Shown one piece after another: positions 47,189 through 61,612 of a DNA stretch of 64,000 nt. Both the position numbers and the translations under genes were made by a program. This DNA is from Felis catus. Taxonomy: Eukaryota. Under the pieces are notes generated by a model. It searched no databases, was not told the DNA's origin, and saw nothing but the letters and a program-made list of their open reading frames with translations. The DNA is taken from contig NC_058368.1 in assembly GCF_018350175.1 (NCBI RefSeq), positions 135,038,001 to 135,102,000 on the forward strand, in the 5' to 3' direction. The stretch's first letter is position 1, and every line of letters begins with the position of its first letter.

Positions 47189-49228
47189 TTTTAAGTGTCT
47201 ACCCACCCTCTCTTTCCCCATGGCAATCAACTGTAAAGGCCAAAGGAATTTAAGGACACAGGATTTGTTAGGAATTAATATCTAAAGGGAGGAGGAAGAG
47301 AGACTAGTTTAATATTTTAATAATATTCTCCATTGAGCTTATGAGAGAGCCACTTGCTGCCTGTTAAGAATATACCAAGTGCTGTGTTAAGTGTTTTCTC
47401 TTGCTTTTCTTCATGTGTCCTTACGGCTCCCAAAGAGGACTTTGCTTATGAAGACACTAAGGCTTATTGAGATTATTGATCTTGCTGAACATCACAGAAC
47501 TAATCAGCAACGGAGCCAGGATTTGAGCCCATGGGTTCTGCCTTAACAATTCGCAGAATTAGTGACGGTGACACTGTGTCTCAGAGAAGACAGAGGGGTG
47601 ATGACAAGGAAATCCATACCATGTCCAAGAGGATGTACCACATATTTCATTACGCCTTGCTTTCTCGTGTCTTTCACTAACATTCTCATGCCCTTTGAAA
47701 CACATCTGGCAAACCCAAGTGTTGCTCGGTGGAAGAGAAAAACTGGCAAAAATTTGGCAGAAGACAGAAGGAGGAGGGTAGAGAATGTTCACAAAATACC
47801 AGTTCCTAGGAAATGTACTTCATCTTCCTGGTGCAGTTCATTAATTTTTTCACCCACAACATTTTTTTGAAAAGGATTTTAATGAGACATTTATTGGAAG
47901 TTGGTTAGAGGCCTACATGGTAAGTGCTATATTTTTATTGGTTTCCTTTTTACGAAAAGGCAAGACCAAAGTACACGGCGTTCAGAAGACATTCTTAAAA
48001 TGGGAGGCATCTGAGTCACAGAAGTAAAGTTAAATTCTCTAAGCTTCCGGTCCCATAATATCTTTCTTTAAATACGCTTTTGTCCTGCAGTTTCACTTTA
48101 CCAAGATCACAGGATGATTCTGTAGGAAGACGAGAATCCATCTGACCTGCCTACACCAGCCTCCCTGGAACTCGTTTCTTTTCACACCCCAAGGAAATCA
48201 TGTTTGAAACAACAGAGGTGGCAGGAATTTGGAAAAAAGAGAAAGTCCAATGTTCTCTTAAAAAAAAAAAAAAAAAAAAAAAAAACAACAGGAAATCATG
48301 TATCTTAAAGTACAGATCAGTAGTGGAAGCCCATATTTCAATACCGTCATGTTTTCTCACCCATACCCTCTGTACGTTAGTATAGGCACTATTAGGAAGA
48401 AAGAAAAACAAATAGTCAAACTTGTCTCAAGATCAACGACAAAATGTTCCAGAACAGTAACGAAAACCGTTAAGATCGGTGGGTGATGCATACGAAAACC
48501 CCTTAGATTATTTAAGAGAGGTTCTTTCATATAATCAAAGGTGATTTCGAAAAAGATGAAGACTCCAAACAAAAACAAAGAAGGGAACTTCAAGAGAAAA
48601 TGGAGCAAGAATATTAGACGAGGAAACAAGAAGAGTTTTAAATACATAAAGTAGAGGACGATGAAGGAGTCAAGAGGACTGTTAGGAGAGAACAGAAGAA
48701 CTTTTTTTTTTTTTTTTAAGTGGAAAGACGGCTTGAGAAATGAAATGACTTCTTTGTCTCAGTGTGTGAAGCAGGATACACGGGGACAGATGCCAGAAAC
48801 AGGCACATTTCCCAAAGGAGGAAGAAATAGAAAAGAAAATTGGTTTCCTGCCAGAACAGGTGGAGTCTTGACATGTACACATCTGACAGGCAGGATTCTG
48901 AAGCTTTCCAAGGGTCTGACCAGGCCAGTCCGAGGTTGTCTCTAAGACTTCAGGGCAAGGCTCTGCGGAGGAGGCTCAGTGAGATGGTTTCAGATGTCTT
49001 TGGACACATGAGAAATAGCAGTGGTGGGTAAGAAAAATCATGGAGTGGCCTGCTATTGAGCACAAGGCTGGAAGTTGGGCTAAACTCATTCAGAGCTCAT
49101 GGTCTGATATTTTTAACCATCCATTTTGGGAAAAGAGCCAAATGTCTGGTTAATTTCAGGTGGCAGCAGATATTAACTCACTAAACTCCCTTTGACCTTC
49201 TCAAATACTGTGAAAGCTTTATCGGGAC

Positions 49229-49255
49229 CTTTCTTCTTTCTTCCTTCCTTCCTTC

Positions 49256-49322
<67 letters not shown>

Positions 49323-49386
49323 TCCTTCCTTCCTTCCTTCCTTCCTTCCTTCCTTCCTTCCTTCCTTCTTTTTTCTCCTTCTTCTT
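49229..49386 (+). repeat. Compound (TTCC)n/(TTTC)n microsatellite
   Basis: Directly visible. Confidence 0.95.
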
Positions 49387-49846
49387 GGTAGTGGTGGTAC
49401 TTGTGGCTAATAAGTGGGTGGGTCTGAGTTAGGGAAAGAAAGTAGGAGGTGTGGGTGAAAAGTTGATGTAAAATGTTCCTACAGAGTTTAGAGTTCTGTT
49501 TTGTTTGTCTAACCGATTTTTATTATAATCTGTGACTGGTACTCTGTAAATAGCACATTTACCCAATCATAAAAATGTATAAATAATCATCTAAGCTGGA
49601 TCTGGGGTAAAATCATCAAAGCAAATAGCAAAGCCTTGAGAATAATGTTTCTGACCCTGCGATAATTGAGAGGCAGTAGAGAGTTGTAATTACAAGCATG
49701 GGCTCAGAAATAAGGCTACTTGTTTGTGAATCACCATCCTACTTACTGACTCTGATATTGGGTACTGAACTACACGATCTTGGGGATCGAATCTTCCAAT
49801 GCCTTAATCCCCTTAGCTATAAAGCGGGGATAATAATAGCACCTCT

Positions 49847-50258
49847 CTGTGACACATCTATCATTATGCATCTATCACACTGTTTCTTTTCCCTCCTGGG
49901 AACACAGGAAAACCACATTTCCCATTCTCTTTCTTTCATCTACATGCGGCCCTGTGACCAGTTCTGACTATTAGAATGTGGGCAGAGGTGGAAATGACAC
50001 TATTGAGCTGGCCCCTAAAGCCTCCCACAAGATCCTCTATGCTCCTTCTCTCCTCTCATGGCTTGCCTGCCAGTTGCAGAAGATCCAGGATAAGATTCTG
50101 AGACCCCTCAAGCTGGTGCTGCCTCCCCAAACCATGGTGTGAAAATCTGCTTGCCAATCATGTTATTGACAGTGATGTAAAGAAGAAATAAATCTTCTAT
50201 TGTACGAACTACTAACATTTGAGGATGTTTGTTATAGCAGTTACTCAATTCTAATACT
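49847..50258 (+). mobile_element. MaLR (MLT1-type) LTR inserted into a MIR
   Basis: 'ccacatttccca...tgtgaccagttctg...agaaataaatcttctattg...gtttgttatagcag'; MIR-like sequence on both sides. Confidence 0.65.
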
Positions 50259-50351
50259 GTCTCAAAGTACTAGCTACGATGACTAAAATCTATAGCATAA
50301 AGTTATTATAAAGATTAAATGGAAAAAAAAAAGATTAAATGAGTTAGTATA

Positions 50352-50523
50352 GGGGCCCCTGGGTGGCTTGCCAGTTAAGCATCCAACTCCTGATTTCGGC
50401 TCGGGTCATGATTTCACAGTCATGAGTTTGAGCCCCATGTCAGACTCTGCAATGGTACAGAGCCTGCTTGGGATTCTCTCTCCTTCTCTCTCTATGCTCA
50501 TATTCTCTCTCTCTCTCTCAAAA

Positions 50524-50570
<47 letters not shown>

Positions 50571-50585
50571 ATATTTAAAAGAAAT
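50352..50585 (+). mobile_element. SINEC with (TAAA)n tail
   Basis: SINEC head; TSD-like taaatgagttagtata/taaatgaattactata. Confidence 0.9.
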
Positions 50586-51224
50586 AAATGAATTACTATA
50601 TATAGGAACTATCACAGCATTATCTGGTACATGATAAGCTCTCAGTAAATATTATCTCGCATATCCATAATCACTATAGATTTGGCCAGTTAGGTATATC
50701 CAAAACACCACCTGGTCCATTAACTCTAAGAAATACTATTTGCACCTTCTCAGTAAACGTGGGCATGGAGGAGGGCACCTATCCCTCACAGTTGTTAAAC
50801 CGGTTCTAACATATGTTACAAATAATCACTTTGGAGCAGACTGGGCAAGACCAGATGTTTGAAGGGTTGGAAATCTGCAAGAACCTCTACGTCTCAGGCA
50901 TTCTGGCTGCCCGGAGATACCTTTCCATAGAAACGTAAGATTCTGGTGAACAGCATGACTTCAAGCAAGATTCTCATCAGGACTTTTACAAAAGAAATCA
51001 CACAAACTGTTTAAATACTTGAGCTGTTAGGTTTATCAACAGTATATGCAAAGGGCTTAGCACAGAACGTGCTCAGTAAGTGCATGCTAGGTACCTAATA
51101 ATAGCAGCAATAATAATCTAACAAATAGTAATCACACTATTATTTGAACACTTGTTTCTTAGAATTTCAAGAATGTGTCTATTGTATGCTTTCTACTTTG
51201 GGCTCTTTAGAAAGTGATTTTATA

Positions 51225-51451
51225 GGCTCACCTGGGTGGCTCAGTTGGTTAAGCATCCAACTTCAGCCAGGTCATGATCTCACAGTTCATGAGTTCAAGT
51301 CCCACATCAGGCTCTGTGCTGACAGCTCAGAGCCTCAAGCCTACTTCAGATTCTGTGTCTCCCTCTCTCTGTGCCCCTCCCCTGCTCATGCTCTGTCTCT
51401 CCCTACCTCTGTCTCTCCCTATCACTCTCTCTCTCTCGAAAATAAACAAAC
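51225..51451 (+). mobile_element. SINEC (first of a tandem pair)
   Basis: SINEC head and body; outer TSD aagtgattttata flanks the pair. Confidence 0.92.
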
Positions 51452-51454
51452 ATA

Positions 51455-51670
51455 GGCACCTGGGTGGCTCAGTCGGTTAAGCTTCCAACTTTGGCTTGGG
51501 TCATGATCTCTTCATTCACAAGTTCGAGCCCTGCATCAGGCTTTGTACTGACAGCTCAGCACCTGGAGCCTGCTTTGGATTCTGTGTCCCTCTCTCTCTG
51601 CCCCTCCCCCACTCATGCTCTGTGTCTCTCAATAAAAAATAAAATAAAATAAATAAACATAAAAAAATTT
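51455..51670 (+). mobile_element. SINEC (second of a tandem pair)
   Basis: Starts in the A-rich tail of the first. Confidence 0.92.
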
Positions 51671-53179
51671 TTAAGTGATTTTATATCCTGATGCAGCTGT
51701 GGCTTTGCCTGTTATGTAATGCCATCTTTTCTAACATTTCATCTAATTTTTCCTTACTGCAGTCAGAGGCTATCACTTGTTCTGAGGCTTGCTCGACCTA
51801 ATGAGGCTAATTGGTCCCTGCCCTCTTTATAACCATCCTTGACTTATTTGCCAGCTCCACACTTGGGTATTATTGAGTATCATGGATTAGATATGCAACA
51901 TCGCACAGAGATCTCAACAATAATTAGGCAGTAGGAGGTGATTTAAAAAAAAAAAACATTAGTCTCAGCTCTAAAATTCCCCTTCTTTATTAGGTTCAGG
52001 TCAATAGATAAAGACCTTAATGTTCCTTTAATGTAGAGATGAGCAAACCTGGCTGCTTTTAGGTTTGGCAAAGCGGAACTGGCGATTTTTCAAGCATTAT
52101 ATGGCTGGCAACTTCTGAGATGTATTCTGCCAAACGCTTTCTCCCCTTAACCTCTAAGTATGTATGTATTTCGAAGGGAATTTAAAGCATACATTTCTGA
52201 TTTATTCATACTTAGCTGATCAAAGTTGCAGTGTTCGTCTTGATCAACACTTCCAGGTTCTAAATTCTGTTTCTTTGACCCGGGACACCCACAGAGGCCA
52301 GCAACCATCACCTCCTAGAGAAGAAACAAAACCCGTTGTCTGGGGCTGGGAAGAAGCTGGCTCACATCTGTGTTTCAGACAATATTTAAAGTGACTTTTT
52401 CCCCTTTGAATTCTCAGGGAAGGGTCAAAAAAAGATACACATGTTTCCAAATCTCTCTTCTGATATCAACATGAAATGGGAGAAGCCCCAGAACATCTCA
52501 ATGAGAGAGGTCTGGGGGTAGCAATCAGGATGGAAGGGTGTAAGGGAGGTGTCTAATCCCGGAGCTTAGTTTTCACGGCACTCTACAAAAGACTAAGAAA
52601 ACACCAACTGTCTATATCAGGAAAAGACAGGGGTGACAGGGAGGGGAGGATGGTGAGGAGGAGATATCACAGTAATGGAGATTCTCGGTACTCCCTCCAA
52701 GCCATTCTTTGGTGACTGCTTCTGACCTGACGACACCACCCTAGGGATCTGGTATCTTCAGGGCTCCAATTTCAGAAGCAAAAGGAACCACTAAAATACT
52801 GGCTAGGCAAAGAGTGACAATAAAAGGCAAATCTTTCCTAAAAGGGTATGGACATCAAGCATACCAAACTCAGGCTGGTTAAATGCCCTGGTTATTCTGC
52901 CGTGATCCATTTTTTTCCCCAGCAACTTTTTATAATATTGGCTCTTCTCCCAAAGATGACAAAGCATCATGTGAGTCTGCACAGAGGACGTTCACTCGGC
53001 AAATATTCCAGGGAAGGCTTGTCTCCTAGAAAGGCAGGTTGAAAAATTCAGTCAATTTATTTTGGCTGCCTATTTTATAGAACAGGATGAAGTAGTCTTA
53101 CCTCAAAAAGATAGGAGATCGCCTTGGACGGTCATAAAAATCATTAACAGTGCAGACCTTTGTCAGTTTACAAACCAGG

Positions 53180-53417
53180 TTTTTTTTTTTAATATTTATT
53201 TATTTGAGAGAGAGAGAGAGAGCGAGAGAGAGAGAGTGAGAGAGACAAAGTGTGAGCAGGGGAGACGCAGAGAGGGAGAGAGACACAGAATCTGAAGCAG
53301 GCTCCAGGCTCCAGGCTGCCAGCACAGAGCCCAATGTGGGGCTCGAACCCACAAACCACAAGATTATGACCTGAGCCGAAGTCAGACACTTAAGCGACTG
53401 AGTCACCCAGGCACCCC
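53180..53417 (-). mobile_element. SINEC (felid type)
   Basis: Reverse SINEC with (GA)n. Confidence 0.92.
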
Positions 53418-53617
53418 TACCAACGAGTTTTAAAGTAATGTTTAAAAGATTTACCTCCCCTTCTACCCCCAGAATAGACCCATGGACAACAAGGTTTAAA
53501 TTTATAAAAGGAAAATGTTTAAGATGTCTGCTTATCAGCAACCACTGAAAGTGATTATATTAGTTATAACTTCCAAAGACAAGTATTTTGTTTTGTTTTG
53601 TTTTTAAATAAAACCAA

Positions 53618-54150
53618 GTACGGCGGACAGACTCTAAAGATGGCCCCACGATTCTTAGTTCTATATTCCTGGGGTGCCGACCCTGTGTAATCTCTTCCTC
53701 TTGTGCACGGGTACGACCTAGAACTTGCTGCTAACCCAACAAAATATAGCAAAAGTGATAGGTTATCACGTCAATGATTGTGTTGTATTATGGAAGACTG
53801 CCTTGCTGGCAGATCGGTCCACACGGCAAGGGGCTAAGGGCGGCCTCTAGGGTAGCTTCCGGCTGACAGGTGCCAACAAGCCTTGAGGCCTCAGTCTTAC
53901 AAATGCAAGGAAATTAATTCTCCCCAAAATATAAGTGAGATGAGAAACAGATTCTTGCTCAGTTAAGCCTCCAAATGAGAACCCAGTCCAGCAGACCCCC
54001 TGATGACAGCCTTCTGAGACCCTGAGCAGGGCACCCTGCTAAGTTACGCCCAGACTCCTGACTCATAGAACCTGTGAGGGAATAAATGCGTTTCATTTCA
54101 AGCTGCTAAATTGGTAGTAATTTGTTGTAAAGCAATAGATAACTAATACA
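53618..54150 (+). mobile_element. MaLR (MLT1E/F-like) solo LTR
   Basis: 'gactctaaagatggcccc...gcctccaaatgagaac...ccagactcctgactcatagaa...gcaatagataactaataca'. Confidence 0.85.
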
Positions 54151-54364
54151 CCAAGGGTCTTTCATAACTGTTCCTGCTACTTTGAGGCTTCATATTGACG
54201 CAGTGAAACACAAAGCCGAGCTCTGTAGTCAACTGATGTTATAAATGGCTCAAGTAGCCACAACTTCACCACTGCCAACTTACCACCAGAGTAACAGGAG
54301 ATAAACGTTTTGCCAGGGATATGCCTTTTCCCACCTTTTGGTACAGTTCGAGAAAACCCATAGT

Positions 54365-54555
54365 GGGGCTCCTGGTGGCTCCTGGTCGGTTAAGCCTCTG
54401 ACTCTTGATTTCCACTCAGGTCACGATCTCATGGTTCTTAAGCTTGAGTCCCGCCTCAGGCTCTGAGCTGACAGCACAGAGCCTGCTTGGGATTCTTTCC
54501 CTCTCCCTCTTTCTCAAAAATAAATAAATAAACTTAAAAGAAAAAAAGAAAGAAA
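54365..54555 (+). mobile_element. SINEC
   Basis: TSD acccatagtg. Confidence 0.9.
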
Positions 54556-55399
54556 GGACCCATAGTGAATGATAATGTGTTCCTCAGGCCTTTGAACACT
54601 GTGTGGAGACATGCTTTGTTTGAATAAAGAGAACCCAGTACACTGATGCTTTCCCTACCCTAGAGGTCACTAGCAGAATTTCCTTAAGGCCTTCCATCCA
54701 CATACATGAAATAATTACAACAGCCCACATATATCATTTGCATCCTCATATGACTGCGAATTGTAGTTTTCAAAAATCTTATTATGCCCACCAAGAAAGA
54801 TACCGATACAATCTGAGAAGACTCGTTTATGAGTTTATATATGTCATATGATAATTCTAGGTCTCTCAACTAGAATAGGATTGCCACACAAGAAATGCTC
54901 AATACTTACTGAATACCCAAAGTGCAATTATTCTAGAAGACTGCCAATACTCGATTTGTTTTTCTTCTTTGTTCCTTGCATACTCTCTCATAGGTTTGAA
55001 ACCCCATAGTAGTTTTGTCACTAAGTCAGCCAGCATTTTTCATACACCTGCACACATAGCACTATGCAAGGTATCTTCAGGGAAACAGAAGTTGGAGAAG
55101 ATCTAGCTTTGCCCTTAAGGACTAGACAAATTAACTGGGTGGGAAGATGTGGCACACAAAAGTTGATCAAAATCTAATTATAAGGCATCCTCCACACCAA
55201 TATCTGGGCCAAACTGAATACAGAATTTCTTAGGGAGTGCTCAGGGGGTGATCAGAAAACTTGGGAACGTGCACGGGTTCTTCAAGCGGGCATGTCTATG
55301 GGAGAGAAGGCTGGGCATTCGAAACAAGGTGGAGAGACTGAGGGGAAGAAATTGAACTCCCAGAGTTTATGCATCCATTTCCCAGAGGAAAATATGTCT

Positions 55400-55590
55400 C
55401 CAACCCAGAGCTTGCCTGAGCTTTGGAATCACTTTTTTAAAAAACCAAACACTGGCCTGGACCTAACTCAAGATACCAGTACTGGACTCAAATCCAATGA
55501 AATCAGACGGTCTGGGGGCTGGGTTTGGGATTAGCATTTTTCAAAAGGTCCCCGTGAGTCAATGTGCAACCAGGGTTGAGAGCCCCCACT
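55400..55590. mobile_element. MER5A-like DNA-transposon fossil
   Basis: 'aatcagacggtctgggggctggg...gcatttttcaaaagg...aatgtgcaaccagggttgagag'. Confidence 0.6.
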
Positions 55591-55659
55591 AGCCTGAAAT
55601 GCCATTACTGGGTTCGATTGATGAGAAATGTTCCAGGACCACAAGGGAGGCAGCAACAT

Positions 55660-55875
55660 GTAGCCGTTAAGATTCGAAAGTAGAATAGCCTAGGCTCAAG
55701 TCAAGGCCCTGCAACTTATGTGCTGGGTGATCATGGGCAAGTGACTTCACCTCTCTGAGCCTTGTCTACGCATCTGCAGGCTGGGAATAAGAATTGTAGT
55801 TACCTCCTAAGCATGATGGAGAACTAAATGAGATAAGGCTTATAAAGCATCTGATCCAACGCATGGTGCATAACC
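55660..55875 (+). mobile_element. MIR SINE
   Basis: 'gggcaagtgacttcacctctctgagcct...catctg...taaatgagataa'. Confidence 0.7.
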
Positions 55876-58614
55876 AGAAAAAAACTTCTTCATTATTATT
55901 ATCTACGCCCAAGATTCTCATTTTTTCATAAAGGTACCCGAAGTCTAATGTCCATTTCTGAAGTCTTTGCTTCCATCAGCCTTAACAAAATTATCTTAAC
56001 TCTGACCACAGCCTGAACCTGGCACATTGACGAATTCAAGCACATTGAAGCAGGACCACAAAGAAATAGAGTGGAGATAAGTCAAGCTGGGAGCAAATGA
56101 GCATCTTAATGTCAAGCGAAATGATGACTGACAGAGCCCGCAGCTCCTCTGATGAGGAGACCAGGAGTTACCAACATTGGAACAGCTCTTTCCGTAAAAA
56201 AGTTACAGGGCATTTAAGCGAAACATGGTAAAGATTTTCCACATTACGTGGGCTAACAGTGTGCCGTCCTTCCCCCTCATTAGTGTGGACACAGCCTTAG
56301 CATCCACATCGTTCTGCGTGAATCACTCCCCTCCAACTCACCCCGGTTCCCATCACTTTACTCCAAAGTTTCCTAACACGTGGCCTGCTTAATATTTTTC
56401 AGACAAGTCATTTGACTGTTTCCTCAACTTCTCAAAACCAGCAATGTGCCAAGAATGAAACCATTCAGATCATTTGTACTTCTCAGGGAGGAAGTTTATT
56501 CCTTCAAGTGTACAGGATTCACGGCTTAACTCCATTTTCACATTTCCGTATATATGTTGAAGACACATGTCTCGTGATGACATAGAACACAAATCTGGAA
56601 ATCTTGGGCATAGAGACCTCAAGTCCTGTAACAGAAAGCTTCGGGAGCAGTGATTTCTAGAGACTGAGCAGGGTAAGGGCTGCAGGAGGGGGAAACTGAC
56701 AAAAAACAGGAAGAGCTCAAAGAGACATTTGGTCAACAATTTCAAATGCTCTGAAAAGTCAAGTCAAATAGAAATACAGAGGTGTCATGTCAGCAAAGCC
56801 ACGCTGCGTCTTTGGTAATTTTAACTTCAGTTATTGGAGTTTCAAGTTCTAAAATATACATTTGGGTTTTCTTCTGTAGTTTATAAAACGGGTTTCTTGT
56901 ATATTGCTAAATGCTTAGAAAAGGAAGGCTGGAAGAGCACCCCGTGATCCTTTGATGGTGGTCAATGCTAAAGCAACATTAAGGGTGACTTTAAGTCTCT
57001 TTGTTAGTCTCTTTAGTGGCCTGTGAAATTTGTGTAATGAGCATTTCTTATTTTTGTACTATGGAGAGAGAATTTCTAGATGAAATAAAATGTGTGTGTT
57101 ACAAAAAGACTCTGGTCCTTTTGGACAGAAGAAGTGGGTTTAGAAAAATACCAAAAATCTTCTGCTTAATCAAGAAAGGGCTGTCACTGAGTATGAATTT
57201 TAAATGCTCAGTGGGCTGGGAAAAGCCTTCTGCCCTGGAAAGAGAAGACGAAAAAGACTCCTGGTCAGAGAAGCACAGCCCTTCTGGCTCCCCCGGGTGG
57301 CTGTGAGCGACTCCGCTCGCCTTCCAAAGCCTCACTGCAGCGGGGACAGCGGACGCCCCACTGCATGTGTTAGTGCTGGGCAAACCTCAGAGGCCAGCCG
57401 AGAAGCGTTCTCCTCGGCAAAGATTTAAGTCTCTGTTTCACAAATTCAATCAGGGCTTTTCATGATTCCAAAGGACTACCGTTCAACTTTTTTTTTTCCT
57501 CTTCCATCATTCAACTCGGAAACATTCCTTTCTGTGGATTTTCATGAACTCCTGCCCAACACCAGGTGCAAATTGAAAAACTCCCACTGGCCAATTTCAG
57601 CATAGGGAGGACTACTGTTCTTCCAACAGAGCCCTCTTTCAGGCCAGGGGTTCAGATCTTCGCCCCTGGGCACACAAGTCAGGGGTTTCACTTTGATCCA
57701 CAAGCATCACTCATGAAAAACTCCCTCTCTGTGGCGACTGCCTCTCCAGACCCCCGGCCTAGAGGCTCAGCTCCATCTGCCTGTGTGGACCTGGGCATTT
57801 GTCGGGGAGGAAAGCTGGAGCGATTCCTTGCGGATCTGAAACTTTAAACGTTCAAGTGTCCTTGGATCAGACATGTAATTTTCCACCGCTGTAATGTATG
57901 TGTAGTCGACATTATCATTTGGCAAATACTTTACAGTGAGTTACTCTCCTTAGCTTGCAATTCGGAGACTAATGGGTGGTCTTTCTCACTTGGGGCACTC
58001 CACAGATGGATCACAAGGTTAGCTGTGCCACCAACATCCCTGGAATAACACGCGTGCCTTCAGAAACTGGCTGGTTCCAGCGGGAATTCAATTCTGGTTT
58101 CAAGTCAGCCCCGCACATTACTTGTGGTGTCAGCAATTATCCTGTTAAAATTTTTTTTACCAGACTTTATTGAGCATCTACTTTGTAATTTCAGTTGCTA
58201 TAATTAATCCAAGCACGTATTATTTACTTGAATTGCCACCTTCATATCTTGTGAAGGGATTGGAAGAAGAGCAAGATTAGTTCTTTATATTTGCCTCCAG
58301 CCACTATATAAATATCTTATCTTCTGCTAATTGAGAGTGGGGTACACATGGCTATTAACAAACGCTGCTATTGGAGTTTTCCTGATCTGAATTCATTAGA
58401 TTTGTCATTAGGGCCTTGGTGAACAAACAAGACATCCGAATTCTTCATTTGAAGTACAGGAGTGGGGGGGCTTGGAGTGCTGTTTTCTGGTATTGTTAGC
58501 AGGCTGTGTCTACCCGTCTTAGAGCTCAAAGAAGCAGTTCAGATCACATCTTGGAAGAAAGACACCAAAATATCAGATGATAAACGTTACATAAAGCTTC
58601 TGATATGCAAACTA

Positions 58615-59100
58615 GGTGTCTAGTCAGAGTCATGCAGGATACAGATGGCTCACTCATATCGGTAATTCATGAAATGAATGAGACTGTTCACAAAGGCATA
58701 GGCAGGGTTGCAGGGAACAAAACAGGCAGGGCAGTGCTTCGTGGCCAGTAGGAACAAAGAACTTCAGCTGCCAGCAGAAGCCTGAACACACAAGAAAGAG
58801 GAGAGGATACCAGAAGCAGGAGAGAGCAGCTAGAGGGGCAGGGTTTCCTGAAAAAGATTGCAGCTTTTGGCAGAAAGACACCAACGACGGCAACCAGGCC
58901 GTCTGAAGTCGGGGGATTAAGACCTCAGCTCCCTCCCTCTCCTCCTACTTCCTGATCTCCTGCTCCTGTCTCCTATTAGCCAAGGCCAACTGGGAGCTGA
59001 AGGATAAGGGAGCATGAGGTGCATATGGGTCAGCCTCCTGGGGCACAGAGAAGAATGGAGAAGGGTGGAGAGTGGGTGCGGTGAGGGGGGACAAACAAGA
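58615..59100 (-). mobile_element. ERVL LTR33-like solo LTR
   Basis: 'tgtctagtcagagtc...acagatggctcactca' and 'gtcagcctcctggggcacagag...tggagaagggtggagagtgg'. Confidence 0.6.
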
Positions 59101-60301
59101 GTATTAAGAAAAACCACATATTTTTCAGTGTAATGAGTATACAATGAAGAGCACAATAAATGCATTCTTTTCTGGAAACTAAAAGCTAATAATGTGTAAT
59201 TAGGCAGTTGATGCCTGAGCTGGTTCTAGTACAGGTAGAAGCCAATCTAGGCCCAAGGGAAGGCACTGTAGGCTGAGAAGGGCTGGGGGCAAAGGAGTTC
59301 CAGAAAACAGCTGTGTGGCCAGAGCCCAGGGTGTAAACAACTGGGGCAAGATGGGACCCTGGAGAGATGAGGGGCCAGGCTATGGAATGCTAGGTTGGAT
59401 GGAAGGAGTGGGATTTTTTTTTTTTTTATGGACTTTCAGCAGCCAAGTGTTATCATCGGACCTATAGTTTAGAAAGGCTGTCAGCTATATAGAAATGGGA
59501 TTAACAACACTGTTGAGCTACAAACCCTTTTCCAGAAGCAAGTGGAACAAAGAGACTAGATGATCAAAATAAATGAAAGAATTTCTTCTGACCACGATAG
59601 CCCCAGAGAACTTGGTTCAAGTGACAGCTGAGAAGGAATCAGTACAATCATCTCCCTTTATAACCCAAATGATCATTATGCTTAATTGTCTTTCCAAAAG
59701 ATAACCTTCCTCTAAGATCAAAGTATTCTTTTATACAATCTATGAGCATTCTGTTTCTAGAACAACACTGGATATATTGCATAGAGGGTCCTTTTGTGTC
59801 ATAGGAAGCTTGTGAAGAAACTTCCTTGGCACCAGAATCCCCCTCTGGCTGACTTTTTGCTGCATTCCTACACCACAGTAAATGGCTGCCACATTACCTC
59901 CTGTTGAGATATGTATACATCATAATCTTGTGAATTAGTTGTTAATTTTGATTAAGTAGATCGCACCCCCCTTGAATGCACCGTGCCAAATCCTGCTGTG
60001 TATTACTCACTGCCACCCCCAGTGCTAGATACGCTCTGAACATAAGCAGGTGTTTATTTGCTTTTCTTAAGAGCATACCATCATTCTCCACGCAGGAAAC
60101 AATTCACGCTTTGAAAGGAGGGGTTCCTTACAACTCACTGGAGTATCTCTCCTAAAATAGTCTACGCCTTTAAACATCCGTATTTTGAGCTCAAGACAAA
60201 TCATTTATTTAATTACAAAAACTATTTTGAACATCTGTAATACACTAGCCCAATAGTCCATGAAATACAATAATTTTGAACATAAAAATAAGGAAATTTG
60301 T

Positions 60302-60511
60302 GGGATGCCTGGGTGGCTCAGTACTTTGAGCCTCCGAGTCTTGGTTTCAGCTCAGGTCATGATCTCATGGTTTCTGAGTTCGAGCCCTGCATCGGGCTCT
60401 GCAATGAATGTGTGGAGCCTGTTTGGGATTCTCTCTCCCCCATTCTCTCTCTGCCCCTACCCCACTCTCGTGCTCTTCCTCTTTCAAAATAAATAAATTA
60501 ACTTTTAAAAA
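60302..60511 (+). mobile_element. SINEC
   Basis: TSD aaggaaatttgtg. Confidence 0.92.
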
Positions 60512-60631
60512 AAGGAAATTTGTGTTAATATGTGAGTGACTAAAAAGTCATCTACTGTGTCATCTTTCCCAAATAATATTTAAAACTTTTCAGACCTTCA
60601 AAGCCTATTCAAAGATTAAATATCGTAGAAG

Positions 60632-60651
60632 TTTTTTTAATGTGTATTTAT

Positions 60652-60700
<49 letters not shown>

Positions 60701-60893
60701 ATATGCAAGCATGAGCAGGGGAAAGGGCAGAGAGAGAGGAAGAGAGAGAACCCCAAGCAGGTCCCACACTGTCAGCACAGAGCAGGACACGGGGCTTGAT
60801 CTTATGCAGGGCTTGACCTCACAGAACCGTGAGATCATGACTTAAGCTGAGATGAAGAGTCAGACGCTTAACCGACTGAGCCACCCAGGCACA
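60632..60893 (-). mobile_element. SINEC with long (GA)n
   Basis: Reverse SINEC; TSD-like aatatcgtagaa/aatattgtagaa. Confidence 0.9.
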
Positions 60894-61374
60894 CTGAATA
60901 TTGTAGAAATTTTGATCACTGTAGTAGGGCTAGCGAGGAAGGTATTTTTGGTTAGGGAAGCATCTTAGCATGCGTCATGTGATACCTCTCACAACATGTA
61001 GGATTGCCAGAACTCTGCATTTAGAAGCACAAACTCCCACTCTCTTAAAGCCTTGCTGAACTGTCACCTTTTCAGGGGAGGCAATTCAGATGACTCCCCG
61101 CACAGTCCCTGGGAATCACTCCAAAATCCATATTTCTGCAGGTAGTACAGCTTAAAATGGGGTTCTCAGTCATGTTCTTCAGGATAACCTGTGCGGTCTC
61201 ATTTAGACTCCATCCCATCGGTACCATCACTGGCCCAAATCGTGATGATTCACGTACATCTATCATTACCATTAGACTGTGAACTTCTTACAAACGGGAG
61301 CCATATATGAATATCCATGTCCCACAGACCTGGCACAGCTCCCGGAAAATACTAGCTTCTTGTTAAACGTGATC

Positions 61375-61612
61375 CTTTTCTCACAATTGTAAGAGACCCC
61401 TGTGTGTCACCAAATTCAGATGTTTTATCTTAAACCCAAGCAACATAGTCCAGAAACCAATTGCCACAAAGGGCCACATAGGTGTCACCTCCCAAGAATT
61501 CTATTGGTCAAGCAGTCCCAGAATCTCGTCCAGATTCAAGGTGAAGAGACATAGCTTCACTCTGTCATTGAAGGGATGTTGGAGAATTTGTAGCCATCTT
61601 TAATCTACTGCA
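61375..61612 (-). mobile_element. MaLR (MLT1-type) LTR fragment
   Basis: 'attctattggtcaagcagtc...ccagattcaagg...gccatctttaatctac'. Confidence 0.55.

Noticed and set aside
57280..57430. Small CpG-enriched patch as a promoter or CpG island
   Set aside because: Too short and no associated gene structure; an enhancer cannot be excluded from sequence alone.
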